NCBI GenBank assembly: GCA_965153285.1
Contig: OZ229115.1
DNA: 64,000 bases
Reading direction: 5' to 3' (one strand)
From: Podarcis tiliguerta
Taxonomy: Eukaryota
Shown in pieces: positions 1 through 11,845 of the stretch. Positions within the stretch are counted from its first letter, which is position 1. Every line of letters begins with the position of its first letter. The notes beneath the pieces were generated by a model. That model was not told the origin of the DNA and did no database searches. It saw nothing but the letters and a program-made list of their open reading frames with translations. Made by a program: the position numbers and the translations under genes.

Positions 1-35
1 GCTAGTTAAAGAGTAGGAAGAAGATAGCTCTGATA

Positions 36-171
36 CAGTGGTGGCCAAACTTGGCCCTCCAGCTGTTTTGGGACTACAATTCCCATCATCCCTGGCCACT
101 GGTCCGGTTAGCTAGGGATGATGGGAGTTGTAGTCCCAGAACAGCTGGAGGGCCAAGTATGACCACCACTA
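36..171. mobile_element. Palindromic non-autonomous DNA transposon (hAT-type MITE)
   Basis: Almost fully self-complementary (ggccctccagctgttttgggactacaattcccatcatccct...agggatgatgggagttgtagtccc); same family as 4399 and 16084. Confidence 0.85.
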
Positions 172-899
172 GCAGATTTTTATTTTTTTTGCAGGAGTGG
201 ATTTTTGCACTGAAGAGCTGGGGGCTCCCTTCAGCTCTGGAACTCCTAAAAAATTCCAGAGCACAGAATCCTTTAATTCTAAGTGTTTGGTTGTGTTCAC
301 AGAGCAATTTACGGTGTGATCACTGCATTTCCTGCACTGGGTTTTAATCCGTGTCCGCACAATGTTATCCAAAATGCATGTGTATCCTGTACTATATTAA
401 TAAATGGTATTGTTTGATGGGTTGTTTCTCAAACCAGCTTCATACCAGCTGGAGTCTTTAAGCAGTTCCTAATTTGCTGAGTGGAGTTGTAGGGCAAGAA
501 ACTTCACTACATTTTAAGGTGGTAATGTGAACCCATCCTGTCTTTTGCACCTACTGCAAGATGGTGGATCTTGGGGTTCTGGCATCAAGTAATTCCTCAT
601 GCTTGATGTCTTCCCCACCCTGTTTTCTGTATTAAGGGAATTGCTTTGCATGGAGGACTGGAGTATTTTCTTATGCATCTGCAATCTAGAGTGGCAAATG
701 CCAGCCAAAGTTTCAACTATTATGGCCATTTTTGAGAACTAGCCATTTGTGGGGATTTACATCTGTGCAAACATGCATAAGTTATGTGTAATGCATAACT
801 TACTTACACCACCTAGAAATTATTTTTTATTACGTGGTTTATAAGCATTTCTAATTATGAGATTTGTTTGCAAGCATATCACTGATACTTTTCTGCGTC

Positions 900-2420
900 G
901 ACCAACGTCTTGCCCTAGCGCTGTTACCAGCGCAGCTTCTACGGCAACCTTTCCCAGTTCTTCAAGGAAGCCTTCCCTAAACAGATAACCGCTTTGCTAT
1001 GCGCCACTCACATACTTGCAGCGCTTCTTCACCGAAATGTCCTGGGCCAAGACAAACCTCTGATCCTCCTTTCTTTGGAAAGCCTGAGCAACAGGCCAAT
1101 CCCAGCTTAGAACAAGCCAATCCTCTAACGACTCCCTGATGTTTCCAACGGTCTCTTTAAAAAACCCATTTCTATAGCAACCAGGACGGGGTTATGGCAA
1201 TAGCAAAGAGAGACTGACGGAGGTTTTTCTCCAACGCGCTGCATCGCGTTCCCATTCGCTCGACTACCCAGCCCTGGGGGGAGCTGAGGCTTTCCAGGGA
1301 AGTGAGTCAAGACGCCTATCCCTTTCCTCTTGGACATTTCTAACTCAATTCCCCTCTTGCCCTTCCCCCAGTCTGCTTTTATCTCCCATTTGTGAAAGAC
1401 CAGCTTTGAAAAGGACAGGGAAACGGCTGAGCGCCGTCTGCAATTGCGTCCTCCTGCAGCGGCTGCGCCCTGGGTAGCAACTAGTTTGCAGCTACTTTGC
1501 AGAGGCGCACAAGCTACAATCACGTGCAAAACCCGCGCAAGGTCCGTTGCTTTTGCTCCTCCTTGACCGGACAGGGGCTATTATTCCTCCCCTTCGTCGC
1601 CTGCGGGCTCCGCCCTCCCTCCATTCAAACGCTCCCACTCGGCGGCGCTCGCGCACCCGGAGCGCATCTCATCCATCCGAGGAGGCGAGGAGGAGGACGA
1701 GGCGCTTTCGCTCGTTTCTCCCCGGTCCGCGCCCACTGGGATCCAGCAGGTAGGGAAAGAGGCGGGTGTCCCTTTGTTCTTGCAGGAGAGGCGCTTTCGA
1801 GGGCGGCTGCGGCAGCAAAAAAGAGAGAGGGATGCAGCGAGCGCTTGGAGAGGGTCTTCAAATCCTCGGATCTTGGAGCGGATACAAGGCTGGCGATTCT
1901 CGGCTTGCGGGAATATCGGGCAAGGACTTTCAGTGGATTCTCCTGAGACATCCTGGAGAAACGTTACAAATATATATATTCCATAACACTGTCTGCTGAA
2001 AGAAACAAGAAACGGTGCTTTAAATGTGACCTTGTTGCTTCTGCAAAACGGGAGGCGACTTCCCCTTCGCGTGGCTGGGGATAAGGAGGTCGGTTTTTAA
2101 AGAACTGATTTAAAATGTAGATCAGGCGCAACCAGAGGGTGTTTTCCCCACCCCCATATTTCGTGGAAAGGATTGGGAGGTTATGACCTGCATGGGGAGG
2201 CATCAGTAAGAGGTCTAGGAATGAAGGAGGCTCGTTTAGGCGTGCTAAAATTCCCCTTAATAAAATTTAGAAGGAGGGCTTGCCTGTCGTCCGCCACAGC
2301 CCAGGCATGTCCTCAACTTTTGCCGTTTTGATCTGGCAGCCTCTGGGTGGAATCCGCCACTGCAGACCCGTGTCTACTCGGAGGTAGGCAAGCACCAATG
2401 GTGTTGAGCGGGGCTTGCTC
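900..2420. promoter_or_regulatory. CpG-island promoter region, possibly bidirectional
   Basis: Much higher CpG and GC density than the flanks, peaking at ~1430-1930. Two CCAAT motifs (1096, 1117), GC-box-like CCGCCCTCCC (~1610), X-box-like motifs (935-948, 1168-1181, 1468-1481) and a + strand donor CAG|GTAGGG at 1749/1750. Confidence 0.8.
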
Positions 2421-4398
2421 TCTCTAGTTAGGATTGCAGCCCAAAGTTCTGGGCTTGCTTATGAGTAAGCATGAACGGCATGTCCCCTGAGGAGGGGACA
2501 CTTGTATCCCATTGTTTGATACACGTTGCTGCCGCTTTAAATTTTTCGTACTTTCATCCGATCTTGAGCACGATTCATTGAAAAGCGGGATATAGACGTT
2601 CAGACAAATGTCCAAGTCAAGATTTAAATCTGATATGCAAAGCAGAGGGTGCTACTTTGTTGTAGTGGAAGAAACTAGATGACCTTTAGAACGGATCCAG
2701 TATGATCTATAGAGGTCTGTGTAGCATTTTTACCCTATTCTGTGCCAGCACTTTAGTGCTGTCTGTCAGGCTGACAACTTTATTATCAGTGGGTGGTGTT
2801 GCCGGTTGCTCTCTCTCTTTCTCTCTCCGCCAGGAAAGAAATGAACCGTTAGTTGTGATTGCTGCCTCTCTCCTTACAAGAAACACATGCTGTTGTTGTT
2901 TGAATTGAAGCTTTCCTAGTGTTTTCCCAAAGGCCGACTCCTTCAAGAAAAAAAGGATGCTTGGAAGAACTGCTTCTTTTTAAGGAAAAAAGTGAAAGTG
3001 ATTTTGGTATCCCAAAACCAATAAATAAGAAGCAGGACCTGATCCTGCAATTACCAATATTAATGCAACATGTCACTGTTCTTTGAACATGTCATCTGCA
3101 TGTACCACATTTTGGAGCTATGTTGAAGCTAGGCTATAAAATGCGAAGCTGGTGGTCTTCATACTGCGGGATTGAAAAGGGTCTACAGGAAGCATTTGAG
3201 TGCTGTTTCTATACTATACTTTAACATCAGTTTGTTACAAGTGCCTTTTAATAAGGCCACACTTCTGCTTCCCTTTCCCATCAACCAAGCTCTGGTCTAG
3301 TTTGTGTCTTCTAGTCTTTGGCAATGGAGAAAGGCTGTAGATTTGAGGCAGAACACAATGCTTTGTGTACAGGAGGTTGCAGGTTCGGTTCCTGGCTGGT
3401 AATTGTCCACTTTTTGAAACCCTAGGAAGGCCGCCTCTGGTTAGACAATGGCTTTTATCTGCAATAGCCATAACAAGGACTCTTCTAATTTTGGGAAGGA
3501 GAGTTTGTTTCCAAAGTCTGCTTGTACGGCAATATTTCCTTCAGAAGTGTTTTATTGCAACTGGAGTTGTTATAAATTGGGGGTCACAGGATGAAGTCAT
3601 GCAGGGCTTTGACTTCTTGGAACATAGGAAGTGACCTTGTACTGAGCAACGCTCAGCACAAACAAGTGTGACCAAAGAACAAAACTCTGGATAGGTTGTG
3701 GTAATGAAGCTATGTAGATAAGCATGCATGGTTCTTAATGTAAGTTGATCAATCTGATTTTTTTAGAAACCATTGGTCATTGCAAAAAAATCAAATAGTA
3801 TTTTCAGTGGCTCCTACTGACTCTTGTGGAACAGCAACATCTGCTTTCCCTGACCTGCACCCACTTTATTTAATCCTAAATGTAAATGATTCCCATTGAC
3901 GTTTGTTGGGGAAATTAAAGGGATTGATCATGACTTCCAGCCTGTATTGATAGGGATTCATATTGGGTGTGCCTTCTGAGAACCTGACTGATGGTTGAGC
4001 CAGCATTTGCTTCATCAGTAAATGGGAATCAGTGTTTAAGTATCAAGCTAACTGTGAAAGGGGGGGGGGTTAAAGAGCTTTCTATAGACATCTGGTTGGC
4101 TGCAATGAGAACAGAATGCTGGACCTTTGGCATTATCAAGCAGGACTCTCCTTGCAGAAGGAGGGCATGTCTGCTGGGAGTGCCTATTCATTGGGTGTTT
4201 GAATCTTTGTTTGACTCTGATACATATAACAACTTGCAGTTACTTGTATATTTTGTGAGATGTGTTGTATGATATATATATATATAGTTTTGTAGTGGCT
4301 TATTCATATATTTTGAATGACATCATATGGATTATATATTTGCTAACAGTTATTAGCCAGTGTATTGCGTTTGCATTTTTGTAGATTATTCCATAGAG

Positions 4399-4534
4399 CA
4401 GGCATAGGCAAACTCTGGCCCTCCAGATGTTTGGGACTACAATTCCCATCATCCCTAGCTAACAAGACCAGTGGTTAGGGATGATGGGAATTGTAGTCCC
4501 AAACATCTGGAGGGCTGGAGTTTGCCTACGCCTG
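4399..4534. mobile_element. hAT-type MITE
   Basis: Terminal inverted repeats (TIRs) CAGGCATAGGCAAAC/GTTTGCCTACGCCTG; perfect 8-bp TSD CCATAGAG (4391-4398, 4535-4542). Confidence 0.92.
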
Positions 4535-4825
4535 CCATAGAGCTTTCTCTTCCCAATACAGATTTCCACTGCTTGGCAGGCATTTTGCTAATAGAGGAAA
4601 AAATGTGGAAGCAGCAGCCTACTTTTCTGCTTAAGTTGTAAAATCTAAATAAAGATGGGCACACTTTTTCTGTGGGTGTCCCCGCTTTCTCTTTAGGATA
4701 ATCTCTCAGGGGCCACATGTGAATGAGTCAGCGGTGGGTGGGGCCAGTTAAAAAGTGGGTGGGGCTACAGCTTCTCTCTCCCCCCCCCCCCGTCCGCCCT
4801 CTGGTATCTGCATTTCTGGAGGTAG

Positions 4826-5073
4826 TGGAGAGCCAGTGTGGTATAGTGGTTAAGAGCGGTAGTCTTGTAATCTGGGGAACCGGGTTCGCGTCTCCACTCC
4901 TCCACATGGAGCTGCTGGGTGACCTTGGGCTAGTCACACTTCTTCGAAGTCTGTCAGTCTCACTCACATCACAGAGTGTTTGTTGTGGAGGAAGGGAAAG
5001 GAGAATGTTAGCCACTTTGAGACTCCTTTGGGTAGTGATAAAGCAGGATCTCAAATCCAAACTCTTCTTCTCC
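4826..5073 (+). mobile_element. tRNA-derived SINE
   Basis: A-box (tggtatagtggtt) and B-box (gggttcgcgtctcc) head, core gtgaccttgggctagtcac, (CTT)n tail. Confidence 0.8.
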
Positions 5074-6147
5074 TCTCTCGCTTTTCATCCTTGCTCAGTA
5101 GGCTGCTGTAGGAGTGACAAATGAGCTTCCAAAACGAGGCCTGGGACCATAGATGACCCATCTGTGATCTAAAATGAAAGGCAACTTGCCTCTAGAGCAG
5201 TGCAAGTGGCCACCAGAGGAACTTTACAACCAGTATATTGTCTGTACATGTGTTTATCCCTTGTGTTGAGTATAGGTTCGTTAGATCACTGTTCTTTGGA
5301 GCATAACTTCGGGGGAACACTTACTACTACTCGTTCAGCCACTTCATTCCCTGTGGTCTAGAGGTGTTCTATCCGCATGGCAAGTCTGTGGACTCATTAG
5401 CAGACCAGCAAACGCTTTGCTGGTGCGTTAGCCAAGGTGCAATGTCAACAAGACAGCTTCCTTCACTGTACATTTCTTCTGGAAAGTGGGGGGGGGGGGA
5501 TTTCTCCTTTAGTAATAAACTGAATATGTAGGAGAGCTTGGGTCAGAAGTGCCCTTTAAGCAAGGGACTTGACTGCTTATCTACAGCAGCATTTTGTTTT
5601 GCACTAGCTTCGTACCCTGGGCTTTAAGTTCCTTGAAGAAGATGGTATCTAAAATTTAAACAGAAGACAGGCTCCTGGTGTTTGGTACTTCTGCTGTTAG
5701 CTGTACGAGCACAGGATGTTCAGTGTCCTTCCTCCAAGAATTTTGGTTCTTTCATTGTGTAAACAGCACACTTGATTGCTTGTTTTGCAATGGTTGCAAC
5801 ATCCAATTGCATCAACCCCCCCTCCCCTTTTAAAAATAAGAAGGTGCTTGGGTCAGTGTGTGTGCGTATAAATTGCCAGAAAAGGGCAACCAAAATAATC
5901 GGAGCATCTTGCAACTCATAATATTTGGAGCTTGGTAGTTAAGGGGAAAAGGCAAGAGGGGAAATGGCATTAAGTTATGCATGGAGTGGGGAAAGTGGTT
6001 AGAGGGAAGTTTTCCTCCTCCCACAGCACTAGACTCCGAGGGGTATCCAATGAAGATGATTGCTGGGGGATTCCAAGGCAGATCAAATGAAGGATTCATT
6101 CATGCGGTGATGTTGCTGCCCCAAGTGGTGATGATCGCCAACAACTT

Positions 6148-6749
6148 TTTTTTTGGGGAAAATAATATTTATTACTTTTCCAACAATTTAAACAGTACAA
6201 AACAAAACAAAGACAAAAAAAGAACAATGCAATACAATACAAAAACACTACATAACACTAACACATTAAACTAACAAAACCAAACAAAAACAATTTCAAT
6301 ATCTTATCTTTCATTCCCTTATTTCACCGACCTCCTCACACCTCCCTTTTTGTATTCCACTTCTGTCAGTTGTTTCAGCAATTCCTTTCCATATTCCTCT
6401 GTTTTCTATCCTATAATTATCTTAATATATTCTAACCTTATTTTTTCCTTTAATATTCTATTAATCTATTTATACTTAAATCCTTATAACATTTCTACTA
6501 AAGCCATATAACTTCATTCCAACATTCTTCTAACATTCATTAATTTTACAGTATTTCTGTAAATAGTCTTTAAACTTTTTCCAGTCTTCTTCCACCGACT
6601 CTTCTCCCTGGTCTCGGATTCTGCCAGTCATTTCCGCCACTTCCATATAGTCCATCAACTTCATCTGCCATTCTTCCCGGGTGGGTAGATCTTGTGTCTT
6701 CCAATACTTCGCGATAAGTATTCTTGTTGCTGTTGTTGCATACATAAAT
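6148..6749 (-). mobile_element. 5'-truncated L1-type LINE (ORF2 C-terminus, 3' UTR, poly-A)
   Basis: ORF 6530..6832 contains ATTATRILIAKYWK...EEWQMKLMDYME...EDWKKFKDYL, typical of the squamate L1 ORF2 end. T-run at ~6146. TSD ATCGCCAA(C/T)AACTT at 6134-6147 and 6750-6763. Confidence 0.88.
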
Positions 6750-6777
6750 ATCGCCAATAACTTAGATGCCTTTAAAA

Positions 6778-7028
6778 CAGGGGTAGGTAACCTAAGGCCC
6801 ATGGGCCGGATGCAGGCCAATCGCCTTCTCAATCCGGCCCATGGTCGGTCCAGGAATCAGCGTGTTTTTACATGAGTAGAATGTGTCCTTTTATTTAAAA
6901 TGCATCTCTGGGTTATTTGTGGGGCATAGGAATTCATTCATTCCCCCCCCCCCAAATATAGTCCGGTCTACTGCATGGTCTGTGGGACGGTGGACCGGCC
7001 CACGGCAGAAAAAGGTTGCTGACCCCTG
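6778..7028 (+). mobile_element. Non-autonomous hAT (Charlie-like) element
   Basis: TIRs CAGGGGTAGGTAACC/GGTTGCTGACCCCTG; perfect 8-bp TSD CTTTAAAA; related copies at 43352 and 56654. Confidence 0.92.
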
Positions 7029-7085
7029 CTTTAAAAGGTAACCAGACAGTTTTGTAGGGGATAAAGCTCTATAGTTTTATGGCTA

Positions 7086-7355
7086 CGACTGCGGTGCCTG
7101 GAGACAGGCAGTCAAGTCATGGATCCATAACAGAGGAGAGAAGACCGCTGGGAGGAGCACAGAGAGAAGAAACGCCATGGTGCATCTGCAGCAGCGCAAC
7201 CAGATGCCTTCATCTGCCCCAGCTGCAACAAAACATGTCTCTCCCGCGTTGGTGCCTACAGCCACAGCACGCATTGCAATCTTCAAATAACTTGACCTCA
7301 CCCCCAAAGGTGCACTCCTCCATTGTTTCCCTAGACAGACAGATGCCAACCAACC
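7086..7355 (+). mobile_element. RTE-clade LINE 3' fragment
   Basis: Degenerate frame ending FICPSCNKTCLSRVGAYSHSTHC (C-terminal CxxC...H motif of RTE ORFs); short (CCAA)n tail. Confidence 0.75.
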
Positions 7356-7791
7356 AGTTTTGATGGCTGTATGGTACCTCCAGGATCAGGGGTAGCATGG
7401 CTCTGAATACCAGTTTCTAGCGGTCCAGAGTTGGGGGGGAGGAGTGTCCTCCTTGTGGGTTTCCCATAAGCATATGGCTGGCTACTGTGGGATACCACAT
7501 CTTGTTTCTGGGCTAGACAGGCCTTTGGCCTGATCCAGCTGCTCCTATTTTCCAGACTTTCTGAAAATGATTTGAGGAGGTGATGATACCTGAGGCAAAT
7601 GCTCAGACAATACCTGAATACTTAACCTGCATTTGCTCACTCTTTGAAACCTTTAATGCACAACTAGTCATACTGTTTACTTCCAGTCAGGTTTTCTATG
7701 GAAATCAGAAGTTTGCTGAGTGGGTTGCAAGGCACCTCATATTAACTGTAATATTTTCTGTGTGAACCAGAATCCGTTGTGCCATTTTGAA

Positions 7792-8005
7792 TTTATTTAT
7801 TATTATTATTTCATTGATTACATTTAAATGCCACCTTTTCCAAGGAGCTCAAGGTGGCGTACATGGTTATCTTCCCTGTTTCATCAACATCCCTGTGAGG
7901 TAGGTTAGGCTAAGAGATGGCGACTGGCCCAAGGCGAGCTGTGTGGGCGGGCGGAATTTGAACCCTAGTCTCCCAGGTCGTAGTCCAACATTCTAATCAT
8001 GCCGC
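7792..8005 (-). mobile_element. tRNA-derived, MIR-core-like SINE
   Basis: Reverse-complement B-box (ggaatttgaaccctag), core ccctgtgaggtaggttagg, (TTA)n tail. Confidence 0.75.
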
Positions 8006-9788
8006 CTCATTCCTGATGAGAATTTTTGACTCTGAAGAATCCCTTCCTTTTAATTACCACCTGAGCTGGAATCACTGGAGGGTCTGATGCTGCAGGTATT
8101 GGAGAGTACAAGGTTGGCAGCGAGAGTTGGCACTTCTAGTGGTTTCTCTGATTTAGAGCTAAAGAATAGGTTTTCCCTTGGAAAGCAGTGGGGCAAGAGG
8201 AAAACCACATCAACCCAAGCTTTGTAGGCATTGGACAAACAAAAGTGTGAGCAAGCCCATAGTGGCCCAGTTTGCAATGTGTTTATGCTATGTGATAGCC
8301 CATGGACAAAACTGCCCTACTTTTGTCCTTGGTGAGCACTGCTTGTTCTCAAGATCCCAGTCCAGCATTGTTCCTGTTAAATTGTGAATAAAGCCCCTTT
8401 CCTTCCCCTCAGATCTCCTGTCCTGGTGACAAATTTGCATTCACCCCCAGTTTTGTCCTTAACACATATCCTTTCACACAGTCCATGTGTGCAACACCAT
8501 TAGAAAAAAATTCAGCGAGGGCATTGAAAACAGAATGGAGAGAATGGGAGACAGAGGCTTGGTGGACCGGATGACTTGTAAATGTTCCACTTATAGAGGA
8601 ATAATATCCCACCTACTGTGAACTAAGTGTTACTGGGTGAGCTCACCTCCTGCCAGGCAACTTCCCCTCCCTCTTGCTGCCTCCCTGCCCCATCCCTAAA
8701 TCTGCTTTGGAAAGTTGGGGGCAGCGCTAGAGGTGAGAGAGGAGAGGAAGTTGGGTTGCACAAACAGAAGTCCCACTCGTGAAATGACGTAGCTGGATAC
8801 AACTCACAGACTTACGTCTGTGACACATAGTGTCTCAGACAGCCAATTATGTGAAGCCATTAAAAGCAGCATATGGACAATTATTGCTATTACGTTTTTA
8901 TTAGCATAGGGCTGCAGTTTGGATATTCTGCCTTGAGCGCATTTGTTCCACTCTTTTGGCTGTTGGGCCGTTTGCCGTTTTGAGTCCATCTTGCTCCTTT
9001 GCCTCTGTGTGCTCATAAAACGACAATTAAAAGTATTACGGTACCTGAAAGTTCAACTGTTCTTGTGACATCCTACCTCTGTAGAAATTGTCTCATTCTA
9101 CTAATCCAAGATAACTGCTCCCTCTGGTGGCTGGTTTCTGCTCTTTTGTTTGTGTTTGGTAAATGTGGAGGAAGTGCAAATATAAACATCTTCCACACCA
9201 TGAAGTCTAGAAACCTTTTCTGAAAAGAAATTTAAGGTTCTCAGAATAGTTACAGAAACAATCTATTTTGTGATGACACTTTTCTTCCAGGTGCAAGTAC
9301 ACTATACCTTGTGGTGGTTTTTTGAAGCCTGCCAGCCAAGGCCTACTGTTAAGTGTAGTGAGACAGATGCTGGAGGCATAGCCCATCCATCCATTCCTCT
9401 TTTCTCAGGCAGGTGCTTAACTATATGACCCATCAATCGAAACGCAACCTGCTAGCTATTTATGATAACTATCCAGAGGCTCAATTGACCTGTTTTTGCT
9501 ACCTCTCTGGATCTGTGTAATGGAGCTGTGTGGATGGATTTCAAATCCCTTGTGAGCCACAATACAACACCTTGTGGTGGGTGATATTTAGCTTGGTGGA
9601 TCACAGCTTGTGTAGGCTTCCATCATGTGTATGAAATAATAGAAGTTAATAACTCCATTCTTCTAGGGAACATTCAGGCTGTGGGCCAAACATGGCCCGC
9701 TAGGGGTTCATATTAAGCCTATAAGATTTTCTCCATTTATCTATCCCACACTGGGTATTACGTGTGACATCTGGTGTGAGACCAGTAG

Positions 9789-10150
9789 GTAAAGGAAAAG
9801 GAAAAGGACCCCTGGACGGTTAAGTACAGTCAAAGGCGACTATGGGGTTGTGGCGCTCACCTCCCTTTCAGGCTGGCGTTTGTCCACAGACAGCTTTCCA
9901 AGTCTTGTGGCCAGCATGACTAAACAGCTTCTGGCACAACGGAACACCGTGACGGAAACCAGAGCGCACGGAAATGCCGTTTACCTTTCCACCGCAGCTG
10001 TACCTATTTATCTACTTGCACTGGCGTGCTTTCAAACTGCTAGGTTGGCAGGAGCTGGGACAGAGCAATGGGATTTGAACCTCCAACCTTCTGATTAGCA
10101 AGCCCAAGAGGCTCAGTAGTTTAGACCACAGCACCACCAGGGTCTCAGTA
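9789..10150 (-). mobile_element. Sauria SINE
   Basis: Reverse complement of the Sauria SINE body and (ACCTTT)-like tail; TSD GAGACCAGTAG (9778-9788, 10151-10161). Confidence 0.9.
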
Positions 10151-11603
10151 GAGACCAGTAGAGACGTGACTGTCAAGGAGCCAAAAACTACACTTGGCAA
10201 GGGAAGATGGGATTTTTTTTTTACTACCTGCCACCAGATGGGCAGTGAAACTGAAGCCTCAGGCACTTTAAAGGCTCTTTGCAAAGCTCTGCATGGCCCA
10301 TTTAAGATCGGGGATTGTAAGGCTGTGAAGCAATCATTTTCATTTCCATATTTTATACTGGAACTTTCATTACTTATGCTATTTTAATTCCTACACTGTT
10401 GTGAATTACCATGAGTTTTGGGAAGAGCTGAGAGAGAAATGGGAGTGGGAAGAGAACAGTCACGGCAGGTTTTGACTGGCCTCCGTTCCTACCTTTGTAG
10501 AATGATGTCTCATAGATAGGGTGATTTAAATACTTTGAATGAATAACACAGATTGCATGTTTGAATATTACAAGGGCTGACTCAGCTCCTCCTTTGAAGT
10601 GCTATGCAGCTGAAACATGCTCAGTGTATTTTTGCACTCCCGTGTGGCTGCCTGAATCTCTGTTTCCAGTTAGTGATTCAGAAAAGTGTATTTGCTGTGA
10701 TGCACCAGGCCAGATATTTCTATTGTGGCTAATAAGTGCCCATACTCCCAGCTGTAGTTTTCACATGACCCTTGTAACTATCCCATGGCAGCTATTCAGT
10801 GGAGTCATCCTATGGAGGGACACCTGTTTTGGGCAGCCAGTTATCTAGACGCTGTGTCATTTCATGCATGACAGGCTTATCACACAATAGCTGCCACCTG
10901 ATTGCATGAACTCGTCCCCTGCGTGTGTGTGCTTCTGCAATACCTGAGGTCAACATATCACCCCTCCCAACAGCCCCTCTTCCTACTGGAAATCTGACTG
11001 AGTGAAGCATGGAGGAAATGAGTAGAACAGATCTATGGAACTGTGGGGGTGGGAGGGTGGCAGCGGGCAGAATCTGTGGTGGAGCTGGACTTAGCTGAGA
11101 TGGCAAAGGTAATGTGCTTAATTAGAGGGGAAAACATCACTGACATTTATGAAGGATTGGAAACTTCTTGTGGACTTTTTGTGTGAAAGAGAAAATGAAC
11201 TTGTAATATCTGGATTTGAAGAATAAAAAGATATTGACTTATAGAAAACAGAATAGTTGGATGTTGATGAGTGAATACTGTCATTGGCAGAGAGAGCATC
11301 TCTCTAGGGAGATGTCTGTGCTCTTGGAGCTTTCTGCAGGAGTACTTGAAGGATTGGGGACGCAGTGGGTTGGGGTGTGTAGGTGCAGAAATGCTGTCCT
11401 GCATTTACTGCAGCTTCCTGTGGCCCAGTTGTTGACCAAATGCTTGTTATAGGGAGTTGGCAAGTTGAGCTGTGATCTCCTAACTTGATTTGAAAGGCAT
11501 ACTGTACTATACTGTATTAAATAAGGCACATACACACACATGCATCATGAAGTGGTGTAAAACACTCACGTTTTGAGAGCTGAATTGATTTAACAATACT
11601 GTA

Positions 11604-11845
11604 CAGTGGTACCTCGGGTTAAGTACTTAATTCGTTCTGGAGGTCCGTTCTTAACCTGAAACTGTTCTTAACCTGAAACACCACTTTAGCTAATGGGGCC
11701 TCCAGCTGCCGCCGCGCCTCCGGAGCACGATTTCTGTTTTCATCCTGAAGCAAAGTTCTTAACTCAAGGTAATATTTCTGGGTTAGCGGAGTCTGTAACC
11801 TGAAGCATATGTAACCTGAAGCGTATGTAACCCAAGGTACCACTG
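11604..11845. mobile_element. Tc1/mariner (Tigger-like) MITE
   Basis: TIRs CAGTGGTACCTCGGGTTA/TAACCCAAGGTACCACTG; TA TSD. Confidence 0.92.

Noticed and set aside
1497-1999. Overlapping ORFs on both strands in the CpG island (149, 108 and 77 aa)
   Set aside because: Expected from stop-codon depletion in GC-rich DNA; low-complexity R/G/A/P composition with no recognisable domain.
2467-2486. p53/p63-like double CATG site
   Set aside because: The CATG cores are 5 nt apart rather than the canonical 6, and one flank mismatches the consensus.
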